A stretch of DNA of 64,000 nucleotides from Macrostomum lignano (lineage: Eukaryota). Where the stretch lies: positions 54,901-118,900 of the forward strand of contig NIVC01003111.1 of assembly GCA_002269645.1 (NCBI GenBank), written 5' to 3'. Below the pieces are notes generated by a model. It worked only from the letters and a program-made list of their open reading frames with translations. It made no database searches and was not told the DNA's origin. Both the position numbers and the translations under genes were made by a program. Shown here piece by piece: positions 24,233-64,000 of this stretch; position 1 is the stretch's first letter, and the number at the start of each line of letters is the position of its first letter.

Positions 24233-25134
24233 TTTTCCGGCTGTCGAGAAGGTGATGATGAACGCGACTGAGATGGCGTTTTTTCATTGGGATGCAGCAC
24301 TCGGATCGGACGCGAGCTGTCCTTGGGAAACTGGCACCAGGGGCGACACGACCGAGCACGGCGGCCATAGTAGAGGTGTGAGCGGCAAACGAAGGGGCGT
24401 TGGCCAGGCTTAAATGGGTCTGTTCCAGTGGGCTTACCAGGTGCTTGTCGGTGTGGAGCTTGCTCAAAGCGCTGTTGGGGTGTCCGATCTGCACCGGCCT
24501 GCTGAATTGGGCAAACTGTCGCTGGCGATGGAGAGCTAAGGCCTCTGACGATCAACATCGAGTCAGCAATCTCGGAAATTTGCTGGGATGACTGCTGTTG
24601 GAATCCCGACAGTGCGATACGAAGGTCCTGTGGAAGACAGCGCATCAGAGTGGCCTTGAGGAGTTCCTCGTCGGGCTGTATCTGGCACTGCTCCATCTTG
24701 CTCCGGAGTTTGCGCATGAAGATTGATGGCTTGTCTCCTCCGAGGTCCGAGACTTGCAATACTTTCGAAAACTTCTCCTGCTTGGACTTTTGCAGAGTCG
24801 ATGTAATCGCTGTTTTCAGTTGTTCGTACTGTTTTGGAGTCTGAGCGGACAAGTGCAGAGCCGCGATATCCTCCGGTAGATGAGAGACTAGGTGGTAAAA
24901 TTTGGCGGTCTCGTTGGCCACCCTGTTGAGCATAAACTGGGCCTCCAGCGTGAGGAACCATGCTTCCGGGTTGTTGCGATAGAAGATTGGAAGCTTCAGG
25001 TGGGCCAGGGAGACTGAAGCGGTGTCGGCGGCGTTTCCTACTGCATGTGTAACCACTGGTGCGGCCGAACTTGGTGCGGCTTGCGTGGTTGTAGGTGGTG
25101 TAGGAGCGGAATTGTTGCTTGCACTGTCCGTCAT
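24229..25134 (-). CDS. Gypsy gag, 301 aa
   Basis: [22 protein letters not shown], typical of this Gypsy gag class. Ends CCG GAA AAC TAA directly over the pol frame. Confidence 0.9.
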   Translation of the reverse strand: MTDSASNNSAPTPPTTTQAAPSSAAPVVTHAVGNAADTASVSLAHLKLPIFYRNNPEAWFLTLEAQFMLNRVANETAKFYHLVSHLPEDIAALHLSAQTPKQYEQLKTAITSTLQKSKQEKFSKVLQVSDLGGDKPSIFMRKLRSKMEQCQIQPDEELLKATLMRCLPQDLRIALSGFQQQSSQQISEIADSMLIVRGLSSPSPATVCPIQQAGADRTPQQRFEQAPHRQAPGKPTGTDPFKPGQRPFVCRSHLYYGRRARSCRPWCQFPKDSSRPIRVLHPNEKTPSQSRSSSPSRQPEN

Positions 25135-25728
25135 TGGATTTGTCTTCTGTGAGTATTGAGTATGCGAGTAATATCTTTCGCCGCCTCACCGGACCAATTT
25201 GTAGTGAAACTACAACTTAACTTAGATTTGAATTGCAATATATTTTATGAGTTAAAGACGAGAGGGCTTGGGGCGAGAAACTTAACTGCGAGAAAGAACT
25301 GTAAAAGGAAGTTAGTCTATGGTAATTTATGACAAACTGAGTTGCAAATAAAAAGTACAACAAAATACCCATAGGCTAGATTAGCAATCCATTCTAGTCC
25401 TGCATCCGTGATAGGCTAGATTAGCAATCCATTCTAGTCCTGCATCCGTGATAGGCTAGATTAGCAATCCATTCTACTCCTGCATCGTACCTGTCAATCA
25501 GTTAATCAGCTGTATAATGTGGGAAGCGATTTCAACCCGTCTGTTCGGTGGCGCTGCCAGTAGGGCTGGGCAGGCATCATCAAATAGTCGGCCGGTTTGC
25601 TCAGTTCTGGAGCAGCTATTTATTTTGATGGTCTGCACTTTTCTGCCGCCCCTGAAATGACCTGGCCCAGAAATGTTTGAGCATCAGTGTGAGGCTGCGC
25701 AACTTTTGCCCGTAGCCGTGGCGCTGGT

Positions 25729-26445
25729 GCAGGAATAGAATGGATTGCTAATCTAGCCTATCATGGGTGCAGGAATAGAATGGATTGCTAATCTAGCCTA
25801 TCATGGATGCAGGAATAGAATGGATTGCTAATCTAGCCTATCATGGGTGCAGGAATAGAATGGATTGCTAATCTAGCCTATCATGGATGCAGGAATAGAA
25901 TGGATTGCTAATCTAGCCTATCATGGGTGCAGGAATAGAATGGATTGCTAATCTAGCCTATCATGGATGCAGGAATAGAATGGATTGCTAATCTAGCCTA
26001 TCATGGATGCAGGAATAGAATGGATTGCTAATCTAGCCTATCATGGATGCAGGAATAGAATGGATTGCTAATCTAGCCTATCGTGGATGCAGGAATAGAA
26101 TGGATTGCTAATCTAGCCTATCATGGATGCAGGAATAGAATGGATTGCTAATCTAGCCTATCATGGGTGCAGGAATAGAATGGATTGCTAATCTAGCCTA
26201 TCATGGATGCAGGAATAGAATGGATTGCTAATCTAGCCTATCATGGGTGCAGGAATAGAATGGATTGCTAATCTAGCCTATCATGGCTGCAGGAATAGAA
26301 TGGATTGCTAATCTAGCCTATCATGGGTGCAGGAATAGAATGGATTGCTAATCTAGCCTATCATGGATGCAGGAATAGAATGGATTGCTAATCTAGCCTA
26401 TCATGGATTGCTAATCTAGTCCATCATGGATTGCTAATCTAGCGT
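25729..26445 (-). repeat. 40-bp minisatellite, right arm (about 17 units), inverted relative to 20141-20659
   Basis: Unit aggaatagaatggattgctaatctagcctatcatgg(g/a)tgc is the reverse complement of the left-arm unit. Confidence 0.95.
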
Positions 26446-26684
26446 GCTTGAAAGCATTTGCAATTTTTCACCTTCCACTCTCTCCAGTCACCAACCTGAT
26501 CTACCGCTAATACAAATCATCATCTCACTGCATCTCGCTGTTCTCACCAGCTTCCCATTGGCTCCAGGGCTCTCAGCCAGCCTGGGCTGTCCATATCGAG
26601 ACGGGAAAATCCGGCGTGTTTAAAATTAGCCAAGCCACGCGCCCCAAACCGAGCGAGCCGCAGTTCAGTCGGCAACAGCAGGAC

Positions 26685-36820
<10,136 letters not shown>

Positions 36821-39800
36821 CGCGGAGTGATGTGAAAAAAGAAATGAAACTGTCCGACCTCATTCACGTGTGACCTATCCGGAATCTCGGACACAAAACA
36901 CAGAACGAGCAGATATTTTCGTTTCTCTGTTGTCAATCTTCCCGCAAATTATTTTTTTGGGAATTCTTCCTTTTCTTTTAGATGTGGAGATGCACGCATT
37001 ATTATCACTACATAAAAAGGACTCCCATGCTGTGGAAAAGTCGGGCGCAAAAATCATACGAATTTTAGCGAACGAGTAGTCAAGGATAGTTAGTAACCAA
37101 TTGAGTTTATTAAAAAACCAGCTTATGATGTTTGTCCTAAATTAACCCCCTAGACTGATGCATACGTTTGTTGTCCATGCAGCTGTCCACCATCGCGAAC
37201 ACAATTTCATATTCCCTTTAATGTCCATTGTTAATTTGCAATCGAGACCGGAGGCTTCATGTCTTTTGCTACAGCCTTCTATTTCTTCTATCTCCTTCTC
37301 CACTCTCCAATTCGTTCTGTGTCCTTCTGTTACTTCGACCTCTGAACAGAAAGACCTCAGTTGCAGTCGCCAGTTCTGCATTCTGAATGATGTCAGTTCA
37401 CCCCGCCTCGCTATTCCGACCCGAATGCAGTGCCCCAATTGACTGTAAGAACTGACATAGCAGCTTGTTATTATTACTCTGGAATTGCTTTAATCCAAGC
37501 ATGAATACATGATTTGTTGTCCCAACTCTCTTGTAGTATCGCCTTCTATTCCTGGTTAATATTATCTAGCAACTCTTTTAGTCTTTGTGTTAGTGTACTA
37601 GTGTGTCTTTGTCCACATTATACTCTCTCTGCCCATTTATCGGGTTAAAACCCCGGCTACTTCGTGGCACGTCCGTCAGTGGCTTCAGTGCATTCAATAT
37701 TTTGGCTTCTGACTTGTTCCTTTGGGCTCCGGTTGGCTGCGATTTTAGCGTCACGAAGAATTACGACTATATAGCGCATCATGCCGCGAGGAAATACCGT
37801 TTCAAATGCAAATCAAACTCGTTTTAAATTATGCAAACCATCCTCCAGCCGGCGCATTTACCCAACTGACCCAGAAGCCGAGCATTAAGTGCAATTTTTC
37901 TGCGTATAATTGCGTCAGTCCAGCTGGATTTCGAAATTCAATTTCAACCTCTCTATGCAGTTTGAATTGATTGTAAGGGCAAGTGCGTTTGTCCGCCCAA
38001 ATCCCAGCAGGGGATCTATTGTAGCGCTCGTGTTATTTGTGCCCGGCTCGCCGCTTTGCTATCGATGAGGCCCATTTAGGCTCAGCTGGCTGACGGATGG
38101 CTCAGCTGAGTGCAGTTGTTGTGAGACTTCATGCGTGCAAATACATTATGTTACTGTAATGCGGCGCGAGTGGATCGGGTGCATTGTTAACGGTAGAATT
38201 CTCATGAGCTGTGGTAATTACCTCTCTTCCTCTCTTAGCCGTCAATCTAATGAAGGATAACTTGGTACATATACACTGGCCCGTTAATTTCAATCATTAC
38301 GAGCGGTATAACAATCTTTGCTGAATAGGAATGACTGGATTTTACAGTGGTTCAATGAAAAGTTGGTAACGTGCTTAAGAATCGTGAGCTTTGTTAAGAA
38401 GCTTGCTAAATGTTTTGGTTTTATAATTGATCTGCTTTAAATGTATTTTTAGGTGCATTATTCATATAGTTTCTGCAAAAAAAGAGTCTACTCGTAAATG
38501 TTGATATCTTATCATTGCGGACTTTTGTTGTGAGTAAACTACATGTACATAATGTTGTACTGTTTTGGTATGCAACTTATTACATATAAAAAATCATAAT
38601 AATTCTAAGAAGCGACATTTTTAGTTCATTTTGCTGAGTGCTTTAAAAACATTTTTGAGTGAGCACCACCGGCTTACGAATAGAAACATATGATATGATA
38701 GAGACAGTTGCTGCACAAAATTGATCGAGGAAGGGCAAACATGAGTAAAAAATGAAAAACGAAGAACTAGTTTTTCTTGCTTCGAGCAGAATGACCCGTT
38801 TTTAGCTGCCTTTTGCGGCTTTAAATTGCTTTAATGAATCTTCGAAGTCTGTACAATGTGTCTTTGTAAATAAACAAACATTCATCTTTAATAAAACTTC
38901 AAAAGTGATTTTTGTATTTTTGGTTGCTGCGCTGTATTGTATGATTAAATTGAAATGGAGCGGAAATTGCGGCAAAAGAGAATGCAATATCTAGATAACT
39001 ATTACCATAAGTATTAACTATGAAGTGCCGGAGTTAAGACATTATAACAAAACTTTAACCTTCAAATAATTATAAATTAAAAATTGTCTACTAAAGTTCA
39101 ACAACTGAAGATGCTTTATTGCTAAAATTATCACTGTAAAGTGAATTTTAATGCGCTATCAAAATAGTGCCAAGTTTAAAGTTCACGAAATTTGTTTTTT
39201 CAATGCGACAACTTCCAAGAATTGAAATACGAAAGGGAAGTGCCGCTAGTTCTCCTTTAATTTTTTAAGTGACAATTCTTTTTCATTCTAGATAAAATTT
39301 TATTGATACTTTGATATTATTTTTAAATTATTACACTCCAAGTTCGGTCATTTCGTTCTTTTTAATTATAAACCATTGCAAACAGCTTTTTAATTTCTTA
39401 CCTGTAGCTTTCCTTACTTTAGTTACTTATACTTCAACATTTAGTGCTTATGACCCATGTTATTGAATTAAATTATGATTTCTCTTTATAAGTATTTGAT
39501 GCTCAATGAAACTATTAGTAGAAGAAAATTCCATTACAATTTATTACAATCCATTGCAATACTAAAAGTTTGTTTTTCTTTAAATGAACCAATATAGCCT
39601 TTTTGGCAATAGCAATGATGAGGAAATTTTTTTATCATACTGAATTACATATATTGAGAAGTTACTAAGATAGCAAAGAAAAAATCCCAATAACCTTCAA
39701 AAACTTTAGCTGCATATATTTGTACATTTATTTTATTATTATTATTGTCTGATAACTTATATTTAAGTGGAATAAATTCCTTTCTTAGATAATTATACAA

Positions 39801-39906
39801 TGTGACCCAGGGAAAATTTTCTCTCTATGTTTAATACCTATGGTTATATTTATATAGTTGTAGATAAAAATAAATCTTTTATTTGTTTAACATTTTAAAA
39901 ACATAT

Positions 39907-40183
39907 TGTGGCGATGCACAGCCAGGATCAAGAGCTTAGGGTGTTTGCACGCAGGCTCCAGCATGCCTGGCTAGTAGGGTGACTCCACAAGTCAGCCAGC
40001 TTGGATGTGTCTGGGAAAAATGACTCATGCTTCTGTGTGTGTACCTCCCTATGCCCGATTACCCATTACAATGTAATGGTATATATAAGAACTGTCTGAC
40101 AAATAAATGGTACCCTTCTCTTGCGCCCTTCTCTTGTGAGCCTCTAAAATATATTATTCAGTATGATGCTAAAAATATCTACA
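39907..40183 (+). mobile_element. Candidate solo LTR, 277 bp
   Basis: Begins TGTGG, ends CTACA, and is flanked by catat/catag. Contains TATATAA (40080) and AATAAA (40102). Moderate GC inside very AT-rich flanks. Confidence 0.5.
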
Positions 40184-40402
40184 CATAGAGCTTGTATCAA
40201 CTACATGTATTGTCTATTAAAATAGTTCTAAACTATAAGGGTTTATGTATAATATTAATTTGTATAGTATTTCAATTAGGCTATTTTTAAAATGAGTTTG
40301 TCCCTTATATTGTAATTCTATAATTAGGAAGCAATGCCAAATTTGTGCCTAATTTATCCTAGACAATATATTTGATTTTCCACCATCTTACAGCTCTTAG
40401 CA

Positions 40403-59500
<19,098 letters not shown>

Positions 59501-59617
59501 CTGCCTGCTTACTCGGCCGAGTGAGTAGTATGGCTGGGACCGAAGCTAGAGCGAAATTGATTCATAGAGCTACTCTTCGCCGAGCATATTTAGATGCGAT
59601 CGAGATAGGAAATTAGT

Positions 59618-59695
59618 GGCGCACATAGTGGTGCAGCGGTAACGCAACCGATCTTCGAACCATAGTCCCCGGGTTCGAATCCCACGGCCCGGCCA
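59618..59695 (+). pseudogene. tRNA-like sequence (SINE head or tRNA pseudogene)
   Basis: A box TGGTGCAGCGG (59629-59639) and B box GGTTCGAATCC (59672-59682) at tRNA spacing, with a CTTCGAA loop-like segment. The anticodon and acceptor stems do not pair well, so it is not called as a functional tRNA. Confidence 0.55.
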
Positions 59696-61344
59696 TATTA
59701 AATTCAGAGTTCACAGAATGCTCAATCAACATTTGTGTACGACGAAAACAATCAGGATCAATGTGTGTGTTGTCAGTACTATACTGATAAATAAGAGTAG
59801 GCTGCCATGCAGGTGCATCGTATTAAAATAAATACTGATAAACACTTCGCGTCAGTTCTGTGAGGAATTCCGCCGATGAGGGCTAGGCACAGTACTCACA
59901 GTACTTGAAGTGCAAGTGCACTCTCATCCGAGTTTGTGTGTGCCTTTGGACTTATCATTTGTACTTGTCTTGTTATCATGCAGAATCTTTGGCGCGAATC
60001 GGGCCACTGCGAGATTTGAATTTGGAAATTATACCTCGATAAAGTTTTTACGCAACATATCGGCAAAGGTTCTTGTACTAAAATTTTGAATATTCCGCCG
60101 ATGTTGCACCTCTCCGGGTGGTCAATAACTTCTCTAGCCTCTGATCTATGATAAATACATGCACCGAAACTCACTGCTACCCGTTTTATTAAAACTGCCA
60201 GTGTTACTTAATTGTTAGCTTTTGAATCTCATTCGAATGTTTCATTTATATTACACCGCCTTATCTATTTATTTTATAACTTCTATATACACCTGCTCTG
60301 CTCTTCCTGTATTACAATGTTTTTGGTCAACTTTTTATTTTATTTTTTGTTTTGTGCAACTTTTTAATTTAATCACAATGCTCGATTAGTATTACTTGAT
60401 TTAGTATTATGCTGCGATTATTTATGTGCCTTTTTACGCAGCAAGGAAACGAATTTGATGAATTTTTATTATTCGGCTCTCCTGTTTGCTCTATACCCGT
60501 TTTATTGGCTTTGTCTATTCCGCTCTTCATAACCTTTGCTATTTGCTACTCTTGTGATTGAATTCTCTGATCATGTGACTCATAAAATGTGTACCCCCTT
60601 GTATCCTAGTAATCTAGTCTCTAAAATCACTGGTCATCTAGTAAATTTGAGCAAGTTTAATTCAGACAGCTCTCATTTTTCTGTCTCAAATTATTAATAT
60701 GAAAACTAAATACATCGAAGTATTAATATTTAACGAGTTGAATTCAATGCTGACCGCATACGTGCATTATGCCTTAGTCTACTTTTTAAACCTGATCGAG
60801 TGAAGCAAATCGGGTCATGTGACTTTATCTTGATAGCGATGCTGAAGTCTGATGTTGGGGAAATCTTCGATATCGGTTGACATTGTTATTGTCTGCAGCA
60901 GCAGGCTTTGATCAGGTTTTGCCTGTCTATTCATTCTGTTCTCTGATTATTTCTCTGGTCAGTCTGGTCTGTCAACCTTTCGCTGATCATTATACTCGTA
61001 ATTATTATGATTAGCCTGTCTCTAATCCAACTGCTTGTCTCTTGATCCATCTTACCGGTAGCTTTCGGTCTCTGATCATTCCTGATTTTTTATTTCGTCA
61101 CAGTTAGAAAAGCAAAGCGACGAGTCCACAGCTCCATGTACTGCGGTGTTGCAATGGTTGTTGCACTTTCCATGTGACAAATTTATTTCGAATAAAATAA
61201 TTTTGTTCGGTCTAAGCTGTCGATTTAACCTGTCTCACGCTTGTGTGGGTTCAGTATATTGTTAATTTTTGTATGGCATCCAGACAATGTATATTTTTTC
61301 TCTCCTCTCCTCTCTTCTCTCTCTGTCCTAGCTTGGCTTTGTCT

Positions 61345-61779
61345 CTACTCCTGCAGAGCCGCGCCATGCGACGGGCTTCCGTCTCGCTTGCCTAACAGGC
61401 GCTGATAAACTCGCTTCTTGCCCAGGAGGCCGCGGTATCCAGCTCGCTTTCCGAGCAGGCCTCGGAATCCAGCTCGCTTTCCGAGCAGGCCGCGATATCC
61501 AGCTCGCTTTCCGAGCAGGCCGCGATATCCAGCTCGCTTTCCGAGCAGGCCGCGGAATCCAGCTCGCTTTCCGAGCAGGCCGCGATATCCAGCTCGCTTT
61601 CCTAGAAGGCGATGGTAAGGGCCTCGCTTGCCCAACAGGCCGTAGTAAGCGCCTCGCCGTTCAACAGAGCTGAGCTCATCGTTGTCGTCTTCTCGGGCAT
61701 CGCAGCAGCCAATCAGGGCGCCCAGCAGCAGGCAGCACTGCACCGCCATGACAAGGCGGAACAGCTTCAGAGTCAGCAT
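61345..61779 (-). CDS. Neuropeptide precursor, 144 aa, nine amidated peptides ending in LL-amide
   Basis: Signal-peptide-like MLTLKLFRLVMAVQCCLLLGALIGCCDA, an acidic spacer, then G-KR-delimited GAYYGLL, GPYHRLL, AGYRGLL x4, AGFRGLL x2 and VYQRLL. The ATG is preceded by acceptor ctgcag|G. Confidence 0.92.
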   Translation of the reverse strand: MLTLKLFRLVMAVQCCLLLGALIGCCDAREDDNDELSSVERRGAYYGLLGKRGPYHRLLGKRAGYRGLLGKRAGFRGLLGKRAGYRGLLGKRAGYRGLLGKRAGFRGLLGKRAGYRGLLGKKRVYQRLLGKRDGSPSHGAALQE

Positions 61780-63587
61780 CCTGCAGACAGTTTTAGAAAG
61801 ATCAAATTGATTATTTTTAATGCTGGACAAAAAAGAAATCGTTAAATGAATTTGAGTCCGTCTGCTAAACCCTGCTCTCTGTCTATCTCTCTTCTCTCAA
61901 TTCTTATTCTGCGCAAAAATTCGTTATTAAATTCAATATCAAGGCGGGACTGGTCACTGGAGAGATGGAGAGAGATCACAAGCCAAGGATCAGGGGAACC
62001 TGCACTAGCAGGCTGCTCTCATCTTTCTGCCAGACAGAGGGATCTCGCTCTCTGGAGTCGCGTAATACAATTGATTCGCCACTCCGGGCTACAGATATCC
62101 ATTCGGGAACTTATATTGGGTGGTGCTCAGTGTCCCGCCCAAACTTGCCAATGCTCAGTGGAATGCATTACACTCCTAGTGATGGTAGGAGGCACAGTGC
62201 TACGCAAAAGTGCTCGAGTCTGCTACTGGTGGATACTGATACCGCCGCTGTATTTACACGAGGGGCCCGTTCTGAAGGAACAATGCCCTTCACCAAACAA
62301 ACAGGCACCACTCAAAATGAGCCCTGAGAGTGCGTACTTATCAATCGTACTTTTAAATTTCGAACAAGCTGCATAGCAAATTCGAATTAGTCAAGCCTGG
62401 CTTTTACTAGCGAATTCCTAAGTTTGGCTTGCAAGAAAGACAAACTCAGCTTGTCTTTGAAGACAGCTCTGAGATCAAGGGACGCTGCAGATAAGTTAAA
62501 GCAGCTGGACTTCACGTGCATTGTATCAGTCGTGAACTTGTGGTCTGCTCGCGAAAGCAAGTTCAGCACGCCGTGAAGAGCGAGATAGAAGGCGCCTTCC
62601 CCTGCGTCCCCTGTGTCGGGTCGGATCTGGACCTCTGCAGTTAAATCAAAGTCAATCAATCAGCAACATTAAAAACCGCCACCCTGTACGCCTGAGCGAG
62701 AGTTAGAAAACATTGCATCAATTGCAGTTGCAGGGCCAAAGTGTACCGGTAGGGTGGCGGTTTTCAATGCTGCCTGGTGTCAATGAGGCGGTTATAAAAA
62801 TCGATATCTCACTAGAAGCCAGAGCGAGTGGTAAAATGAAGGATAGAGTGGCGGCTCCCCCACCACTCAGATTTCTCGCGCCGTTCCCCAACCCCCCTCC
62901 GCCAGTCTGCCCGCCCCGAATTTCTCTGCCCCCCAAGTGCGCTCACGACACCCTTAACCTCTTTCCCGATTGTACATTGCTAATTTTACATTGCTACAAG
63001 CACTGTCGTCTGTCTCGTCTTGTCTGTCTTTATCATTTAGGCGTTAACGCTGTTTCTTGCTGCTCCCACAAATCATTGGCTAGAGTTCGCCAATTTTGCC
63101 TAAATCACACCACCAAGATGCATCGGCCATCCGACATGAAAGCGGTCTTTTCTATTTCGTTTCGTTTCTTTATTTTTGTCACGACGACTTTCTTAGTCAT
63201 TTCCATTTCTTCAGTTCACCCTCACTTGTCTCTGTTTACTCTGTTTTCTCTCTCTCTCTGTCTCTCTCTTGTCTAATTCGATCTTGTTATTATTATCTCT
63301 CTCCCTCGCCGCCTTCTGATTGGCTCTCCATTCTTGCCTCTACTTAGTAGCGCACTCCACCCTTTTTTAATTATTCTGACTCAACCCCCTTAAGTTAATG
63401 TCTTATACATAACTGGTTTGGGCCCTGTGGCCTCACCCACTTCTCTTACTATTCAATTTAACTCTAATTTAAATCTATATAATATTCTCTTAATTTAGAT
63501 TGGTTTATTTAGTATTTCTTAACTGGGCGCATGCGAGAGGTAATGTAGGAGAGAAAGGAGTAAAGTAAGAAAGAGGGATAGGAGGGT

Positions 63588-63619
<32 letters not shown>

Positions 63620-63626
63620 TAGAGAG
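63588..63626. repeat. Imperfect (GA)n microsatellite
   Basis: Visible GA run. Confidence 0.85.
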
Positions 63627-64000
63627 GAGAGTAAAAGATTTAAATGAGGACTGAAATATCCATTTTTCAACAGAGCCTTCATTGATTTACCATTTTTCTA
63701 ATTTCGCACGAATTACAAGCATCCAGTCCAGATGTAACAAAAATATTTTGCATTATTTTCTATTGAATAGCGGAGAGCATGGAATATTCCGCTCGTCACA
63801 GAGAACAGACAAGGCGCGAAAGAAGACCGGGAGCCGAGTCTAGCAGAGTGAGAGATGGCAATTTTTTGGCCCAGTAATGGTGGCGCAGAGCCATGGGATC
63901 ACCATCGAAGACCGAGGTGCGATCGCCAGACACGCCGATCTCAAATGGATTTTTTGTGAAATTTTTCTTTATTCGATTACTTGATGGCTCAAACAGGGCC

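Larger units (their letters stand above)
20660..25373 (-). mobile_element. Full-length Ty3/Gypsy LTR retrotransposon, 4714 bp, recent insertion
   Basis: LTRs 20660-20833 and 25200-25373 (174 bp, one mismatch at 20771/25311). PBS TGGTCCGGTGAGGCGG at 25196-25181. PPT GGAGGGGGGAG at 20847-20837. TSD ggct (or taggct, see findings). Domain order gag, then PR-RT-RH-IN. Confidence 0.97.

Noticed and set aside
19010-26445. Regular arrays as CRISPR-like repeats
   Set aside because: The units are head-to-tail with no unique spacers, there are no cas genes, and the context is eukaryotic.
59618-59695. Functional tRNA-Arg(TCG)
   Set aside because: The anticodon and acceptor stems do not base-pair. It is kept only as a tRNA-like relic.
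61846-63276. ORFs of 90-187 aa upstream of the neuropeptide gene
   Set aside because: No recognisable domain, non-ATG or weak starts, and low-complexity ends. They may be old transposon debris but I cannot support that.

Overview
Eukaryotic, intron-rich and minisatellite-rich animal DNA with no prokaryotic features. Gene content and repeat style resemble a free-living flatworm such as Macrostomum, which is an inference, not a database result. All gene models were built by hand from GT/AG sites and codon phase. Contents: two intronless-CDS paralogs of a PP1 glycogen-targeting subunit (RVxF plus CBM21; minus strand, 4.4-5.5 kb and 9.7-10.9 kb). A 4-exon DEG/ENaC channel gene (minus, 14.4-18.8 kb) with an in-frame TGA exactly at a conserved thumb cysteine and a perfect 59-bp inverted copy of its own coding sequence just downstream. 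A decayed Gypsy protease+integrase remnant and a CORE-type SINE in its first intron. A young 4.7-kb Gypsy LTR retrotransposon (LTRs 173/174 identical, one nonsense codon in integrase) inserted into one arm of an inverted 40-bp minisatellite pair. An 8-exon SLC30A/ZnT2-like zinc transporter (plus, 26.7-36.8 kb). A 17-exon hillarin/KY-like gene with two transglutaminase-like modules (plus, 40.4-59.5 kb). A neuropeptide precursor encoding nine xxLL-amides (minus, 61.3-61.8 kb). Most introns of the two long genes carry their own unrelated minisatellite.
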